Source: Leptospiraceae bacterium
GTDB lineage: Bacteria > Spirochaetota > Leptospiria > Leptospirales > Leptonemataceae
Assembly (NCBI GenBank): GCA_040217195.1
Contig: JAVJNR010000007.1
Coordinates: forward strand, 72,424-136,423
DNA length: 64,000 bases
Direction of reading: 5' to 3'
The position numbers were made by a program, and so were the translations under genes. Each line of letters begins with the position of its first letter. The first letter of the stretch is position 1. Under the pieces are notes generated by a model that saw nothing but the letters and a program-made list of their open reading frames with translations, was not told the DNA's origin and made no database searches. This document shows positions 1 through 10,163 of this stretch, piece after piece.

Positions 1-51
1 ACCGTAGCCGCCCTTTCTCCGATGCCCGGGGCATCGCTGACATTTAGAAAC

Positions 52-636
52 TTACTGGTTAATCTGAGCTTCTTCGGCTGCGGCCTCGAAGGCACGCTGT
101 CCGCCAGGGAACTTAAGATAACCAACACACTGGCAATCTTCCCAGGTCTCGTTTCCACCAGCTTCTACACAATGACCGGTTCTAGAATCCAGGGAGCAGC
201 AATCGTAAAGACCAATCCCTTTGATTTTACCCCGAGATTGAGTTACAATGGCATATCCAGTAGACTGACCATCAGCCACGCCAGAGGCCTGCTCCAGATA
301 GTCACCGATGATCTTGGACAGTCCATCGCCAGCTACCAGGTCACGAGCGGCTCGCCGACAGGTAGTTTGCTTCATGGCAATACTTCCGTTCTGGATAGCC
401 TGCTGGGAAGCACGGGCTGAAAACTTCAGATAGAGATAGTCTTTGTTATCATCATCGGTACAGTATTCTGCCGGGCTCATACCTTCCAATGCTTTTGCAG
501 CATCTGGCGCACAGGCCCAACCTTCAAAAACCCATCCATCGCTACCAACGGTGGTTGCATCTCGACGAGCATCTCCATAGTTGCACGCTGTGAGGGCAAA
601 TACTGCTAAAATTGCGGGTATCAAAACTTTTTTCAT
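52..636 (-). CDS. lipL21: LipL21-family outer-membrane lipoprotein
   Basis: Lipobox LTA-C; motifs DATTVG..GW.FEGW, YLKFSARAS, ASGVADG, WEDCQC...KFPGG match recalled Leptospira LipL21; AAGGAG SD upstream on minus strand. Confidence 0.9.
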   Translation of the reverse strand: MKKVLIPAILAVFALTACNYGDARRDATTVGSDGWVFEGWACAPDAAKALEGMSPAEYCTDDDNKDYLYLKFSARASQQAIQNGSIAMKQTTCRRAARDLVAGDGLSKIIGDYLEQASGVADGQSTGYAIVTQSRGKIKGIGLYDCCSLDSRTGHCVEAGGNETWEDCQCVGYLKFPGGQRAFEAAAEEAQINQ

Positions 637-802
637 TTTCGGAAACTCCTTACCCCAAAAAGTGTTCTGCCGGATGGCAGAGTCGCTATCTGGCTACAAT
701 CAGTTAGAAGGGGACACTAGTCTGCAGTTCAATTTTTTTTCAACACCTTCCGGGAAAATTTCCCAAAATAGTGGTCGAGCCTCATTTTTGCTCCCTGGCA
801 CG

Positions 803-2320
803 ATGCTGACCATTCTATTGAGCATTGTACCTAACTGCAGGTCGCAAAGTGTGTGCAATGCCTGGGATAAATTTTATCCCACGGACCTGGAATTCAAAGA
901 GACACTTTCGAATTCTACGCTAAGGGGAGCTGGATGCTATAGTAACCCGCTGCCATCCAGGACCACGGATCTGGAATTGCTGGATGGGGTGGATCCCTAC
1001 TCAGATATGAGCATGGAAGTTGAGTGCTCTCTGGACTCCAGCACTCTGCAGGATGAGGCCATTCGCGGCAGGCGATATATCAGGATGCTGGACATAAGCC
1101 GCAACCAGGAAGTGGCCGTTCTTGCCAGGTTTATTCGCTTAGAAAATCGATGTGGTATTATAGTTCGCCCACGCAAGCCGCTCAAATATGAAACGTTTTA
1201 TGCGACCTACTTGATGCGTGGTCCGGCCACTGATAATTTCAAGGAGCCCGCCAGCTTCCGAACCTTGAAGTGGAAGGCCTTTCGAAATAACATAGATACA
1301 GAAACGGATGAACTTTACAGAGATGCACTTACCCGAGCTTCGGAGCGTTGGGGAACTCATCCAGACTCCTTTCGAATGATTCAAGCATTTACTACCCGGT
1401 CGTTTCGAAGCATTGCCATTCCATCCATCACCGGTCGAAATAACTATTTCGCAATGGCCCGTACCCCTGCACTTCTAGATTCACTGGACCAGTCGAAACA
1501 TCCGCTAGTTAATTTTATGGTTGATGCACATCCAGATATACTAAGCGAAGAGGTAGAGCACAGCGATCTTTCAGACGATACAGAACTTAATGAAACGGAA
1601 CGGGAAACTCAACGCTTGATTCTGGTCCGAAGAAATATTCAGACCTTGAGTAGCAATACTGGCCTGCGATCCGGGTTTGCAGAGATTTCCGGAGCCTGTA
1701 CAACTCTGCCAGAGCCGGAGCTATGCGATTACCAGGAAGTGGAATTTCCTGATTTACATTTGCGCTATATCCCCTTCCTCTACGAGCCCAACATTCGAAG
1801 CTTTCAGAAAGTAGTCATTATGCCCCTGGAAGCATTTCAACCCGGACAAATAGTGCCGGATATTCTTCGCTGGAAAAAGAATCTGGCCAGCAGGAAGATT
1901 GCGCTGATCGTTTACCTGGGGCCCCCTCCAGCGAATCGCGCTTCAGAACCAGACCATCTTCTAAAAGAACTGATCCAGGGCGCTCTATCATTTTCGGCCC
2001 TACCTGTGACGTCTGGTAGTGAAATTGCTCTCTATTGCAACGAAACAGATTATTGCCCCATGCTTGGATTGCTATCGAAAAACGTTACAGTACTGGTAGG
2101 ACCCAATTCTTTTCAGGCAGACCCTGGTTCGCTGCGGCAATCCTTTCCACCTGTGGACTATCGAAAAGATCAGCTCCGAGCAGGAGTACTGGCCCCATTT
2201 CGATTTAGATCATTTCTTCTGGAAATGGATAGAACACTGATTGCTTTAAAGAAGGATCAATTTCATATTCGTAAATCCGATCCAGAAAGGTGGTTTCAGA
2301 GTGATTCCGGAAATGATTAG
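803..2320 (+). CDS. hypothetical exported protein (start uncertain; ORF open from 581)
   Basis: Long ORF; upstream part overlaps lipL21 so the true start is later; ATG 803 precedes a short hydrophobic stretch and Cys. Confidence 0.6.
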   Translation: MLTILLSIVPNCRSQSVCNAWDKFYPTDLEFKETLSNSTLRGAGCYSNPLPSRTTDLELLDGVDPYSDMSMEVECSLDSSTLQDEAIRGRRYIRMLDISRNQEVAVLARFIRLENRCGIIVRPRKPLKYETFYATYLMRGPATDNFKEPASFRTLKWKAFRNNIDTETDELYRDALTRASERWGTHPDSFRMIQAFTTRSFRSIAIPSITGRNNYFAMARTPALLDSLDQSKHPLVNFMVDAHPDILSEEVEHSDLSDDTELNETERETQRLILVRRNIQTLSSNTGLRSGFAEISGACTTLPEPELCDYQEVEFPDLHLRYIPFLYEPNIRSFQKVVIMPLEAFQPGQIVPDILRWKKNLASRKIALIVYLGPPPANRASEPDHLLKELIQGALSFSALPVTSGSEIALYCNETDYCPMLGLLSKNVTVLVGPNSFQADPGSLRQSFPPVDYRKDQLRAGVLAPFRFRSFLLEMDRTLIALKKDQFHIRKSDPERWFQSDSGND

Positions 2321-2359
2321 AATAATAGAGAGAATTTTTCAGCCTGGTTGCTATCGGGC

Positions 2360-3997
2360 ATGAAAGGAATAATCGGGGAACTTCTCAACCGGAAGGGAAT
2401 CACACTGATTCTCTATTTGAGTGCGCTCATTCCTTTAATAATCTTTGTAACTTCTATCCTGGCGCCATCCACCGAATATGATCAGGTCTCTGTACCTGTA
2501 CTGCATACTACAACCATTCGCTTCGCCCAATGGGCCGCGCTGCTTCTAGGAATAATTCTTTCGCTCTTAGTTCGCTGGCAATTCTCCCAGACTGATGCGG
2601 GGCTTAAAGTCAATACTGGTTCAAGTAACGAGAACTTGAGCGCCCGGATCGGTTATGCAATCGTAGGATTGTTCTGTCTATATCTAGGATTATTTTATCA
2701 AAGTGCATACCATTCTTTCTATTTGCAGGAGCACGATTTTCTAAATATTGCTGCTGCCTTACCTCATTCCGGTCTGCTTGAAACTCCCTATGTAAATACA
2801 GGCCCCACAGGGAGTTTTCTGGGACATCATTTTAGCCCCTTTTTGCTATTGCTTAAGCCGGTTTTCTGGGTCTTCTCGCTGATGCCCCGGGCGGATTACA
2901 GCACCTATATGTTGCCTCTGTATCTGGGAGCCTGCCTGGGAGTCTTTCTGTGGTATCGAGCGGGCATTCTTTACATCAGAAAAACTCATGCATGGCTACT
3001 TCCGGTACTGGCCTGTTTTCTAGTCTGTAATCCGTTGATTCTAAGGCTCAGTCTTAGCTTTCACTTTGAAGTATTTGTTCTACCTCTTTCTGCAGCCTGC
3101 CTTTTACTACGAAGCAGCCGTTGGTACTGGTTATCCCTTCTTCTTCTCTTGATGGTAAAAGAAGACATCGCTCTTTATGTCTTCTTGCTCTCTGGATCAT
3201 TCTTTCTTTTTAACTGGAGAGCCAACCGATCCGAACCAGGACTGCAAGGAGGCTCACCTGCATTCAATCCGGAGAACCAGAGACGTCTCAAGTTCACAAC
3301 TATCGCCTCTGGAATCTATCTACTGCTGGCTATCCTGAGTCAGAGGACTCTGGCAGGTGGCACAGGCGCAGATTGGTCCCATTACTGGCTGGAAGCTTTC
3401 GAATGGAAGGGAACACAATCCACCGGCTTTCTTCTTATTTTACTGGCAGGCGGATGGATGGCTCTGGTTCAACCACGGTTAACCCTGCCTTTGATCCTGA
3501 TTCTAATACTTCATGCATTGTCCAGACATCCGTGGCATAATAGCTTTCAGAGTCATTATGTCTATTCGGTATTGCCTATTATTCTAATTGGAGTTTTCTT
3601 TCTTGGAACCAGGGGTTTTGTACTTCTACTACCGTTGATGCTATTTGCAGGTTTGCTGGATCGAAGCACACCGTTGCCCTTGCTGGAAAAAAGATCCTAT
3701 GATACACTGCACATTCTGAATCAAATAGAATCCAATAGCTGTGTGCGAAGCTCCAGGCACATTTCGGTGAGAATCCCTTTGAGTAGCCGCCCCTTTCCTT
3801 TATACCCTATTGAAGGAAATCCCATGGCCAGCACCGACCTATGTCAGCCGCCGCCAGAAGAAGGTTGTCAGAGAATGTACTTACTACTTGAATCTCAGGA
3901 TACGCCCAGGCTGCATGGCTGCCAGGTGCAGGAACTTCGCTTTCGTGCAAATACGGAGCATTTAAACCTCTTTGAGTATGTCCAACCAGGCAACTGA
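2360..3997 (+). CDS. DUF2079-like multi-pass membrane protein (GT-C-like)
   Basis: Many TM segments; GHHFSP, FHFE, KED, HY motifs. Confidence 0.65.
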   Translation: MKGIIGELLNRKGITLILYLSALIPLIIFVTSILAPSTEYDQVSVPVLHTTTIRFAQWAALLLGIILSLLVRWQFSQTDAGLKVNTGSSNENLSARIGYAIVGLFCLYLGLFYQSAYHSFYLQEHDFLNIAAALPHSGLLETPYVNTGPTGSFLGHHFSPFLLLLKPVFWVFSLMPRADYSTYMLPLYLGACLGVFLWYRAGILYIRKTHAWLLPVLACFLVCNPLILRLSLSFHFEVFVLPLSAACLLLRSSRWYWLSLLLLLMVKEDIALYVFLLSGSFFLFNWRANRSEPGLQGGSPAFNPENQRRLKFTTIASGIYLLLAILSQRTLAGGTGADWSHYWLEAFEWKGTQSTGFLLILLAGGWMALVQPRLTLPLILILILHALSRHPWHNSFQSHYVYSVLPIILIGVFFLGTRGFVLLLPLMLFAGLLDRSTPLPLLEKRSYDTLHILNQIESNSCVRSSRHISVRIPLSSRPFPLYPIEGNPMASTDLCQPPPEEGCQRMYLLLESQDTPRLHGCQVQELRFRANTEHLNLFEYVQPGN

Positions 3998-5147
3998 AAT
4001 ACTGATAATCGATGACGATCCAGCCATTCGAGATCTGGTCTCAAATTTTCTAAATAATCAGGGATTCGAGGCGCTATGTGCTTCGACTGGAGAGGAAGGA
4101 ATTGCATTATCCATTCGACACAGACCGGCCCTTATACTTTGCGACTATGGCCTTCCTGGAATCGATGGTCTGGAAGTATGCGAAGCTTTAAGAGATAGGC
4201 AGGATCTGGAATCAAGCTATTTCATACTGCTGACTGCCAGCGGTGACATGGACAGTAAAGTAGCCGCTTTTGATCGCGGAGTGGATGATTTCATCACCAA
4301 ACCATTCGATTTCCGGGAATTGCGTTCCAGAATTAAAGCGGGAATGCGTATTTTCCATTTGAATGAAGCATTGCGTAGACGGCAAGCTATCATGGACTTC
4401 GACCTGAATCAGGCCCGAGAATATGTTCGCAGTCAGATCCCCGGGCCCATGAAAGATGAGAAAGCCTGGATCGATTACATCTATCGCCCCAGCCATACCC
4501 TGGGTGGCGATATGTTTCACTTTGACTGGATTGATGAATGCCTTCGATTTTTCGTACTTGATGTCTCGGGCCATGGCATTGGATCATCCCTTTTATCCGT
4601 AACTGCTCACCAGCTTCTGGTTAGTGGAAGACTACAGGCAAATCCATTGGATCCGGTGGAAGTGCTGAAAGAATTGAACCGGGCCTTCCCCATGGAAAAG
4701 CAAAACCGACTCTTCTTTACTATCTGGTATGGTATATATGACTTTAAGAGCCAGACCCTGAGTTATGGCTCTGCAGGCCACCCACAGGGATTTTTGATGG
4801 AGGCCGATGGAACTTCGCATATCTTAATGAAGGGCGGAATCCCAATTGGAATGATACGAGATTTTCAGTATCGAAACAATCAACTAATCCTGGAAAAACC
4901 ATTTATAATCTGTCTGTTCTCGGATGGACTCTACGAAGATGAGTCTATCCCACCGGATTTTAACGGAAGCCTGGACTCTTTTCATAAATTGCTTAATCGT
5001 ATTCCGGACAAAGAATCCGCTCCTGGCGTCTGGGGCGGAACAGTCTTGCAATGGCTGTACACTGAGGCCAAATGTCTGAGTCCAAGGGAAGACGATGTAA
5101 CTCTAATTGTGGGCGAAGTGGATCAAGCCGGCCGCTCTGGATCGTAA
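3978..5147 (+). CDS. Response regulator with PP2C/SpoIIE (RsbU-like) phosphatase output
   Basis: REC (IIDDD, LCD..LP, KPF) plus GGD, DVSGHG, SAGHP, FSDG, EDD motifs. Confidence 0.9.
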   Translation: MSNQATEILIIDDDPAIRDLVSNFLNNQGFEALCASTGEEGIALSIRHRPALILCDYGLPGIDGLEVCEALRDRQDLESSYFILLTASGDMDSKVAAFDRGVDDFITKPFDFRELRSRIKAGMRIFHLNEALRRRQAIMDFDLNQAREYVRSQIPGPMKDEKAWIDYIYRPSHTLGGDMFHFDWIDECLRFFVLDVSGHGIGSSLLSVTAHQLLVSGRLQANPLDPVEVLKELNRAFPMEKQNRLFFTIWYGIYDFKSQTLSYGSAGHPQGFLMEADGTSHILMKGGIPIGMIRDFQYRNNQLILEKPFIICLFSDGLYEDESIPPDFNGSLDSFHKLLNRIPDKESAPGVWGGTVLQWLYTEAKCLSPREDDVTLIVGEVDQAGRSGS

Positions 5148-6106
5148 TCAATCCGATTCCGGCCATTTGCTTTGGCATTGTAGAGTCCCCGGTCTGCGCT
5201 TCGCACTAGTTCATCGCCTTTACTCATTGGAGGCCCGAATGAGGATACTCCAATGCTTACAGTAACGTGATCTGTCACAGTGCTCGTTCGATGAGGGATG
5301 CCCAGATTCTCCACACCGTTCAAAATCTTCCGAGCCACCACTTCAGCTCCTGTCAGATCGGTGCCGGGTAGTATGATCACAAATTCCTCTCCGCCGTACC
5401 GCGCCGCAAGATCACCTGGTCTGGCAAGGCTTTCGCGAAGAATCCTTGCAATACCAATTAAGCAAAGATCTCCTTCCTGATGCCCATAAGTATCATTGAA
5501 TGGCTTAAAGAAGTCTACATCGATCATTAACAGACTGAGTGGCTGATCATTTCGAACAGCACGGTTGAATTCAATTTCAAGAACAGCATCAAAATGACGG
5601 CGATTGGGAATATCCGTCAGAGGATCAATCATTGAGATCTTTTTCAGCTCTTCGTTGGCCCGAGCCAGCTTTATGGTCATCTCCACAAGCTCCTTCTCAT
5701 GGGCACGCCTGCGGTCCATCTCTCGTTTCAAACGTATGGCTGCGTTCACTCGAGCCAGAAATTCAATCTTGTTGAATGGTTTGCTGATGAAGTCCATGGC
5801 CCCTGCCCGAAAAGCCCGGGCCAGATAGTCCTGAGGAGAATGGGCAGTCATCATGATGACTGGAATCTCTGCGTACTTGTTGCTGGCCTTGATAGTTCGG
5901 GTGGCTTCAATTCCATCGGTTCCAGGAAGAGAAATATCCAGAAGTATTAAATCGAATTTTGGCGCACCTTCCCCATCCAGCTCCAGTACGGAAAAAGCAG
6001 CCTCGGCCGAATCTACAGCTTCAATACCCGGATAACCATCCTGCGAAAGAAATGTTTTCGCTAGAAGCTGATCGTCCGGATTATCATCCACGACCAGAAT
6101 TTTCAT
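5123..6106 (-). CDS. Response-regulator diguanylate cyclase (REC-GGDEF)
   Basis: REC (VVDD, LLD, KPF), DPLT, RPGD I-site, GGEEF active site. Confidence 0.93.
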   Translation of the reverse strand: MKILVVDDNPDDQLLAKTFLSQDGYPGIEAVDSAEAAFSVLELDGEGAPKFDLILLDISLPGTDGIEATRTIKASNKYAEIPVIMMTAHSPQDYLARAFRAGAMDFISKPFNKIEFLARVNAAIRLKREMDRRRAHEKELVEMTIKLARANEELKKISMIDPLTDIPNRRHFDAVLEIEFNRAVRNDQPLSLLMIDVDFFKPFNDTYGHQEGDLCLIGIARILRESLARPGDLAARYGGEEFVIILPGTDLTGAEVVARKILNGVENLGIPHRTSTVTDHVTVSIGVSSFGPPMSKGDELVRSADRGLYNAKANGRNRIDYDPERPA

Positions 6107-6460
6107 TTACCAATCTTCCGACTCAACAAACTCGATTTCCACGGAATTCAGGTAATCATCAAGCTCGGTGATAGCCGATTGAATGCTTGCTCCATCGCTT
6201 TCTTTGGCAGCATCCTTAATCTGTTTGCCTTTTTCTGTTAGAAAGTGGAACCCATAGCCGCCACCAGAACCCTTCATACGGTGTCCGTGAATCCGAAGAT
6301 TCTCCCAGTCTTCCGTGGACAAATAGTCCTTAAAGTCCTGGATGGTTTTGCGAATACCATCCAGATAACCTGGAATGAGATCCTCCAGATCTTTGCTTAT
6401 CTCCACCTTCATTGAAGTGGATGATGAGGGGCCAGCCTTCAGCATCAAGGATTTTATCAA
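6107..6460 (-). CDS. Stand-alone Hpt phosphotransfer protein (start may be 6445 or later)
   Basis: GHRMKGSGGGYG Hpt motif; abuts the GGDEF gene start. Confidence 0.85.
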   Translation of the reverse strand: MIKSLMLKAGPSSSTSMKVEISKDLEDLIPGYLDGIRKTIQDFKDYLSTEDWENLRIHGHRMKGSGGGYGFHFLTEKGKQIKDAAKESDGASIQSAITELDDYLNSVEIEFVESEDW

Positions 6461-6535
6461 TTGGAACTGTTCTTTTCAGCAATGTCTGAAATCGGCCTGC
6501 TATTCAACTCCCAATCGCAAGAAAATCAGATTCTA

Positions 6536-7081
6536 TTATGGTGTTGCGCCGTACTGACCCCGGTAAGCCCCTACCATGGATCTATGTATATTCCGGGCCA
6601 GCTCTCTGAGCAGACGCTGCCTGGCCTGGAACTCCGATTCCGGAAACCCTTCCCGAGGGGAATAATGCACGGTTGCACTCTCTTCAGATGAAAGGATTAC
6701 TCTTCCGGTAGGCTTCTCCCTCATTCTAATCCGGGCGCCAATAATGAGTTCATACCTGGTCGGGTTTCGAAGATTGTCGTAAAGTCTGCCTTCTTTTCTA
6801 TAGAGAGTTATCTCACCGTAGAGTCCCAGCCTGGCATCATCTGGCTCTGGAGTAATAAGAAAGTCCTTTTTGGAATGAATCTCTTCTCTTAGAATACGGT
6901 TCAACTCTACCTGGGTATCGGCATCGAATGTACTGTTGGAAAAATTGAACAGATAGAGTGTACGGTCCTCTTCCGGAAATTCCTTCAAGTCCGGATAGAT
7001 ACAGGAAGATAGCCCGATAGCAAGCAACACAATCAACCCGGCCAGGATTCGCTTCAGTGTATTTGAAACGCCAGAGCCCAT
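6536..7081 (-). CDS. lptE: LptE-family LPS-assembly lipoprotein
   Basis: Lipobox LSS-C; F.NST, GEITLY and C-terminal E..A..RL..ELA helix pattern. Confidence 0.65.
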   Translation of the reverse strand: MGSGVSNTLKRILAGLIVLLAIGLSSCIYPDLKEFPEEDRTLYLFNFSNSTFDADTQVELNRILREEIHSKKDFLITPEPDDARLGLYGEITLYRKEGRLYDNLRNPTRYELIIGARIRMREKPTGRVILSSEESATVHYSPREGFPESEFQARQRLLRELARNIHRSMVGAYRGQYGATP

Positions 7082-7083
7082 AC

Positions 7084-8169
7084 TTAAAGCCCCGGTCCCG
7101 ATGGAATCGGTACTGCCGGATCGCCTCCAGGCTGCATTTGTTGGAGTCCTCGAATGTAGCCGATTGTGCGCTCCACGGTTTGGCGATCAATGACCTGAAC
7201 TCCATCAAGTGCCGGAGAACTCATTAACAATAATTCTACATCCTGGATTAACAGAGGTTCCAGCGGCTTTCGCACCTCTACTTCCATCGTCTCCACTTCT
7301 TCCCCTTCGATTCCGGCCACCATATTAGCTTCCAGTAGAGGCTCGGCTTTTTCCCAGAGTTTTTCCGGATCCTGACTGTATTCAAAGGTAAAAAACTTGA
7401 TTTGATACTGACGAATGACTGTATCCAGGGGATTGGAAAATTGAGCCGATGCCTCTTCGCCCTTTTTGTTTTGCCAGACCATAATGGGAGGCCCATCCTT
7501 TTGTTGCTTTTCCTTGCGAAATAAATGCACAGTGAAAGGAAGCCCCTGGATTGCAGTTGCACCGGCATCCTTGTCTAAAGCAGAAAGCAAGCTCACTTCC
7601 ATTTCAATTGTACTCGATGCAGTGGGATAAAGAAATACTCGCCGCTCAAGAAAATTGGTTCGCTCGGAGTCCAGCCGATCCATGGTATACTTTGCGATTA
7701 GATAAGCCTCTCCTTCATTTTCCGGCCGGTTCGCCACGGCAAATAGCTTTCCATTCCTGTCTTTATTGGCCGCACAGAGTTTGAACAGGGCTTCACTGGC
7801 TGGAATCAGTTCCACGCAAATTGTTTCTTCGCTCTGACCAAAGAGTTCTTCAGGGAATTGCTTACGAACTTCCCCTTCCAGGGCATACAATCCCTGCATT
7901 TTCAGTTCTTCAAATTCACTGAACAGATTCGGAACCGAAGTGCTGGCTCTGTAGCGATAGCTCCGATCATTCTCTTTGAACGATACATAAAACCGATCGC
8001 CCTTGAATGAGGACTGCTTTTCGAACGATAGATCCCCATATTTGATGGTCTGAAGATCCAGTTTCCAGACCACCGGCTCTTTGCTCTTCTCTATATCCAG
8101 GAAAAGAAAAACACCCAGGGCAATCAAAGATACCATTAGAACCCAGAGCGAAACAGGTACTTTCTTCAC
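7084..8169 (-). CDS. Membrane-anchored periplasmic protein (DUF4340-like position in Gld-type operon)
   Basis: N-terminal TM; 4-nt overlap with gldG-like gene. Confidence 0.55.
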   Translation of the reverse strand: MKKVPVSLWVLMVSLIALGVFLFLDIEKSKEPVVWKLDLQTIKYGDLSFEKQSSFKGDRFYVSFKENDRSYRYRASTSVPNLFSEFEELKMQGLYALEGEVRKQFPEELFGQSEETICVELIPASEALFKLCAANKDRNGKLFAVANRPENEGEAYLIAKYTMDRLDSERTNFLERRVFLYPTASSTIEMEVSLLSALDKDAGATAIQGLPFTVHLFRKEKQQKDGPPIMVWQNKKGEEASAQFSNPLDTVIRQYQIKFFTFEYSQDPEKLWEKAEPLLEANMVAGIEGEEVETMEVEVRKPLEPLLIQDVELLLMSSPALDGVQVIDRQTVERTIGYIRGLQQMQPGGDPAVPIPSGPGL

Positions 8170-10163
8170 TTGTCCTTGCCTTCGAATCTACGATTCTTTC
8201 TATAGAAATAAATTGCCAGACCCAGAGCCATCGAAAGGCCCAGAGGAAATACAACAATTCCCAAAATCAAATTACGCAGCTTCAACTCTTCCGTTATCTG
8301 AATGGATCGATCCGTTCTTGGCTCAGCCGGTAGAGCTGCAGCTACTTCGCTTTCAGTCATCCAGAACAGTGTATCCGCGGCTAGAATTGGATTTCTATGG
8401 TCTGCCTGATATCGAATGCCAGCCTCGGAAATCCATGCGATATCCGAATAGATAGCGATTCGAGTATCCCTGGCCGGATTTTCGATAGCAAGCCCCAGAG
8501 GAAATCTACCCTGGCTTTCTCCTGGATCCTGTTTTCCGTTTCGATTACGATCCAATGTGGTTCCAAACGGTGAATACAGAAATACCTGAGTCTTGAATTC
8601 GTCCGACTTTTTCTCTGGCGTTTTTTCAGAATTCGTTTCCGGTTTCTCTGGTTCTTGAGGATTCGCACCTTCTGGAGAAGGATTCTCTTCGTTTTCTTCA
8701 GCGCCGTTGGTGTTTTGTTCTATGATTGCCGGGGCCTTTCGATCCATCTCTTCGAAGTAACCGGTGCCCGCATAAACGATAGCTGCCCGTCCACCCAGGT
8801 TCAGGTTTTCGGTCATTCTATGGGTTTCGAATTGCTGAATAAATAGCTCCCCCGGCCTACGTGGGTTATGACTTAACAGAGCCTTCTCATGTGTGTACGG
8901 GGATTGTAATTCTTCTAGCAACCATTCAAAGTTTTCGTCCCCGGCCGGATCAATTAATATCATTATCCGTCCGCCCTTCTTTGCATAATCCAGAATCGCT
9001 TTGCGAGCCTCTTCGCCGTAGGGCGCGGTGGGCCCAGCAAGAACCACAGCATCTGCATCGTCCGGAATAGGTCCTGGCCAGTCAGCGCCTGCTCCCAGGT
9101 CTCTCAATCGATAATTATAGAAGCGAATCAATTCACGAAACGTCTCCAGAGAGTTTGGATTGGCTGCAGCTCTCTGCAAAGCAATTCGCTCCCCATTGGC
9201 CGCAGGAAAATATACCATACGAGGTGGAGAAGAAACCTGCAACATGGCCCGAACAGATTCTCGCTCAAGCCTTTCCATATCCTTCCGGGTATATACATAC
9301 ACTCGACGGTCGACATAGGGACGATCATCTGCTTCCACGTTTCCCTTTTTCAATGAGCGAACAATGATTGTGCCATTGGATACTCGACCAAATTCATCGG
9401 ACTGAAAATCTGCAAGATCTGCGTTGTGAAACTCAAGAGTAATGGAAGAGTTAATATTAGGCAACTGCTGCAGCATCACTCTAACATCCTCACCGATTTG
9501 ATAGAGCTCGGGCATGGTCTTGCTCACTTCCTTATCTCGGATGGCCTGCTTCACTGGAAGAAATGCATGAACCTCCACTTTTCCATCCAGAGTGGAGATG
9601 ATCTTTCGAGACTCTTCGCTATAGGAAAAATATCCAGGAGAGAAATCCAGAGTTGGGTTTCGCATGGCAGCCAGGTAATTCAAAGCAGAAAACAAGGCCA
9701 GAGCAGCCAGAACACCAAGGGAAGCCCGGACCGCATTTCTTTCCCTGGATTGCTGACCGGATAAACTGGCACGGGAACTATATTCCAATCCGGTAGAAAT
9801 TCGCAGTAAAACAGCGCCAATGAATCCAAACAAAAAGACGATCAACAAAAATAAGCGCATTCGCGCAGCAACACTATCGTCTTCTCCATGAATCTGACTT
9901 CGAACAATAAAAAAGATCAGTGCGGCTACAGTAAGGCCCCAGCTGGTATAGATTGTATTCCATCGACCCTCCAGAGTAGAATCCTTTCGATTCAGTAGCA
10001 ATAGAATTGGATCAGCCAGAAGTAGTAGCAATCCCAGAACAAATAGAAAGATTCCGGTGGCGGAGTTTAAGTACTGAAAGGCCATCAGGGCGGTGATACC
10101 TCCAGAAAGAAGGGTCCATCCGCCAATTCGCTTGATCGTTTCTCGCATAGTCTGGATATTCAT
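8166..10163 (-). CDS. GldG-like ABC transporter auxiliary component
   Basis: N-terminal TMs, D.S...YS.SEES, IPDDADAVVLAGP, C-terminal TM. Confidence 0.8.
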   Translation of the reverse strand: MNIQTMRETIKRIGGWTLLSGGITALMAFQYLNSATGIFLFVLGLLLLLADPILLLLNRKDSTLEGRWNTIYTSWGLTVAALIFFIVRSQIHGEDDSVAARMRLFLLIVFLFGFIGAVLLRISTGLEYSSRASLSGQQSRERNAVRASLGVLAALALFSALNYLAAMRNPTLDFSPGYFSYSEESRKIISTLDGKVEVHAFLPVKQAIRDKEVSKTMPELYQIGEDVRVMLQQLPNINSSITLEFHNADLADFQSDEFGRVSNGTIIVRSLKKGNVEADDRPYVDRRVYVYTRKDMERLERESVRAMLQVSSPPRMVYFPAANGERIALQRAAANPNSLETFRELIRFYNYRLRDLGAGADWPGPIPDDADAVVLAGPTAPYGEEARKAILDYAKKGGRIMILIDPAGDENFEWLLEELQSPYTHEKALLSHNPRRPGELFIQQFETHRMTENLNLGGRAAIVYAGTGYFEEMDRKAPAIIEQNTNGAEENEENPSPEGANPQEPEKPETNSEKTPEKKSDEFKTQVFLYSPFGTTLDRNRNGKQDPGESQGRFPLGLAIENPARDTRIAIYSDIAWISEAGIRYQADHRNPILAADTLFWMTESEVAAALPAEPRTDRSIQITEELKLRNLILGIVVFPLGLSMALGLAIYFYRKNRRFEGKDK

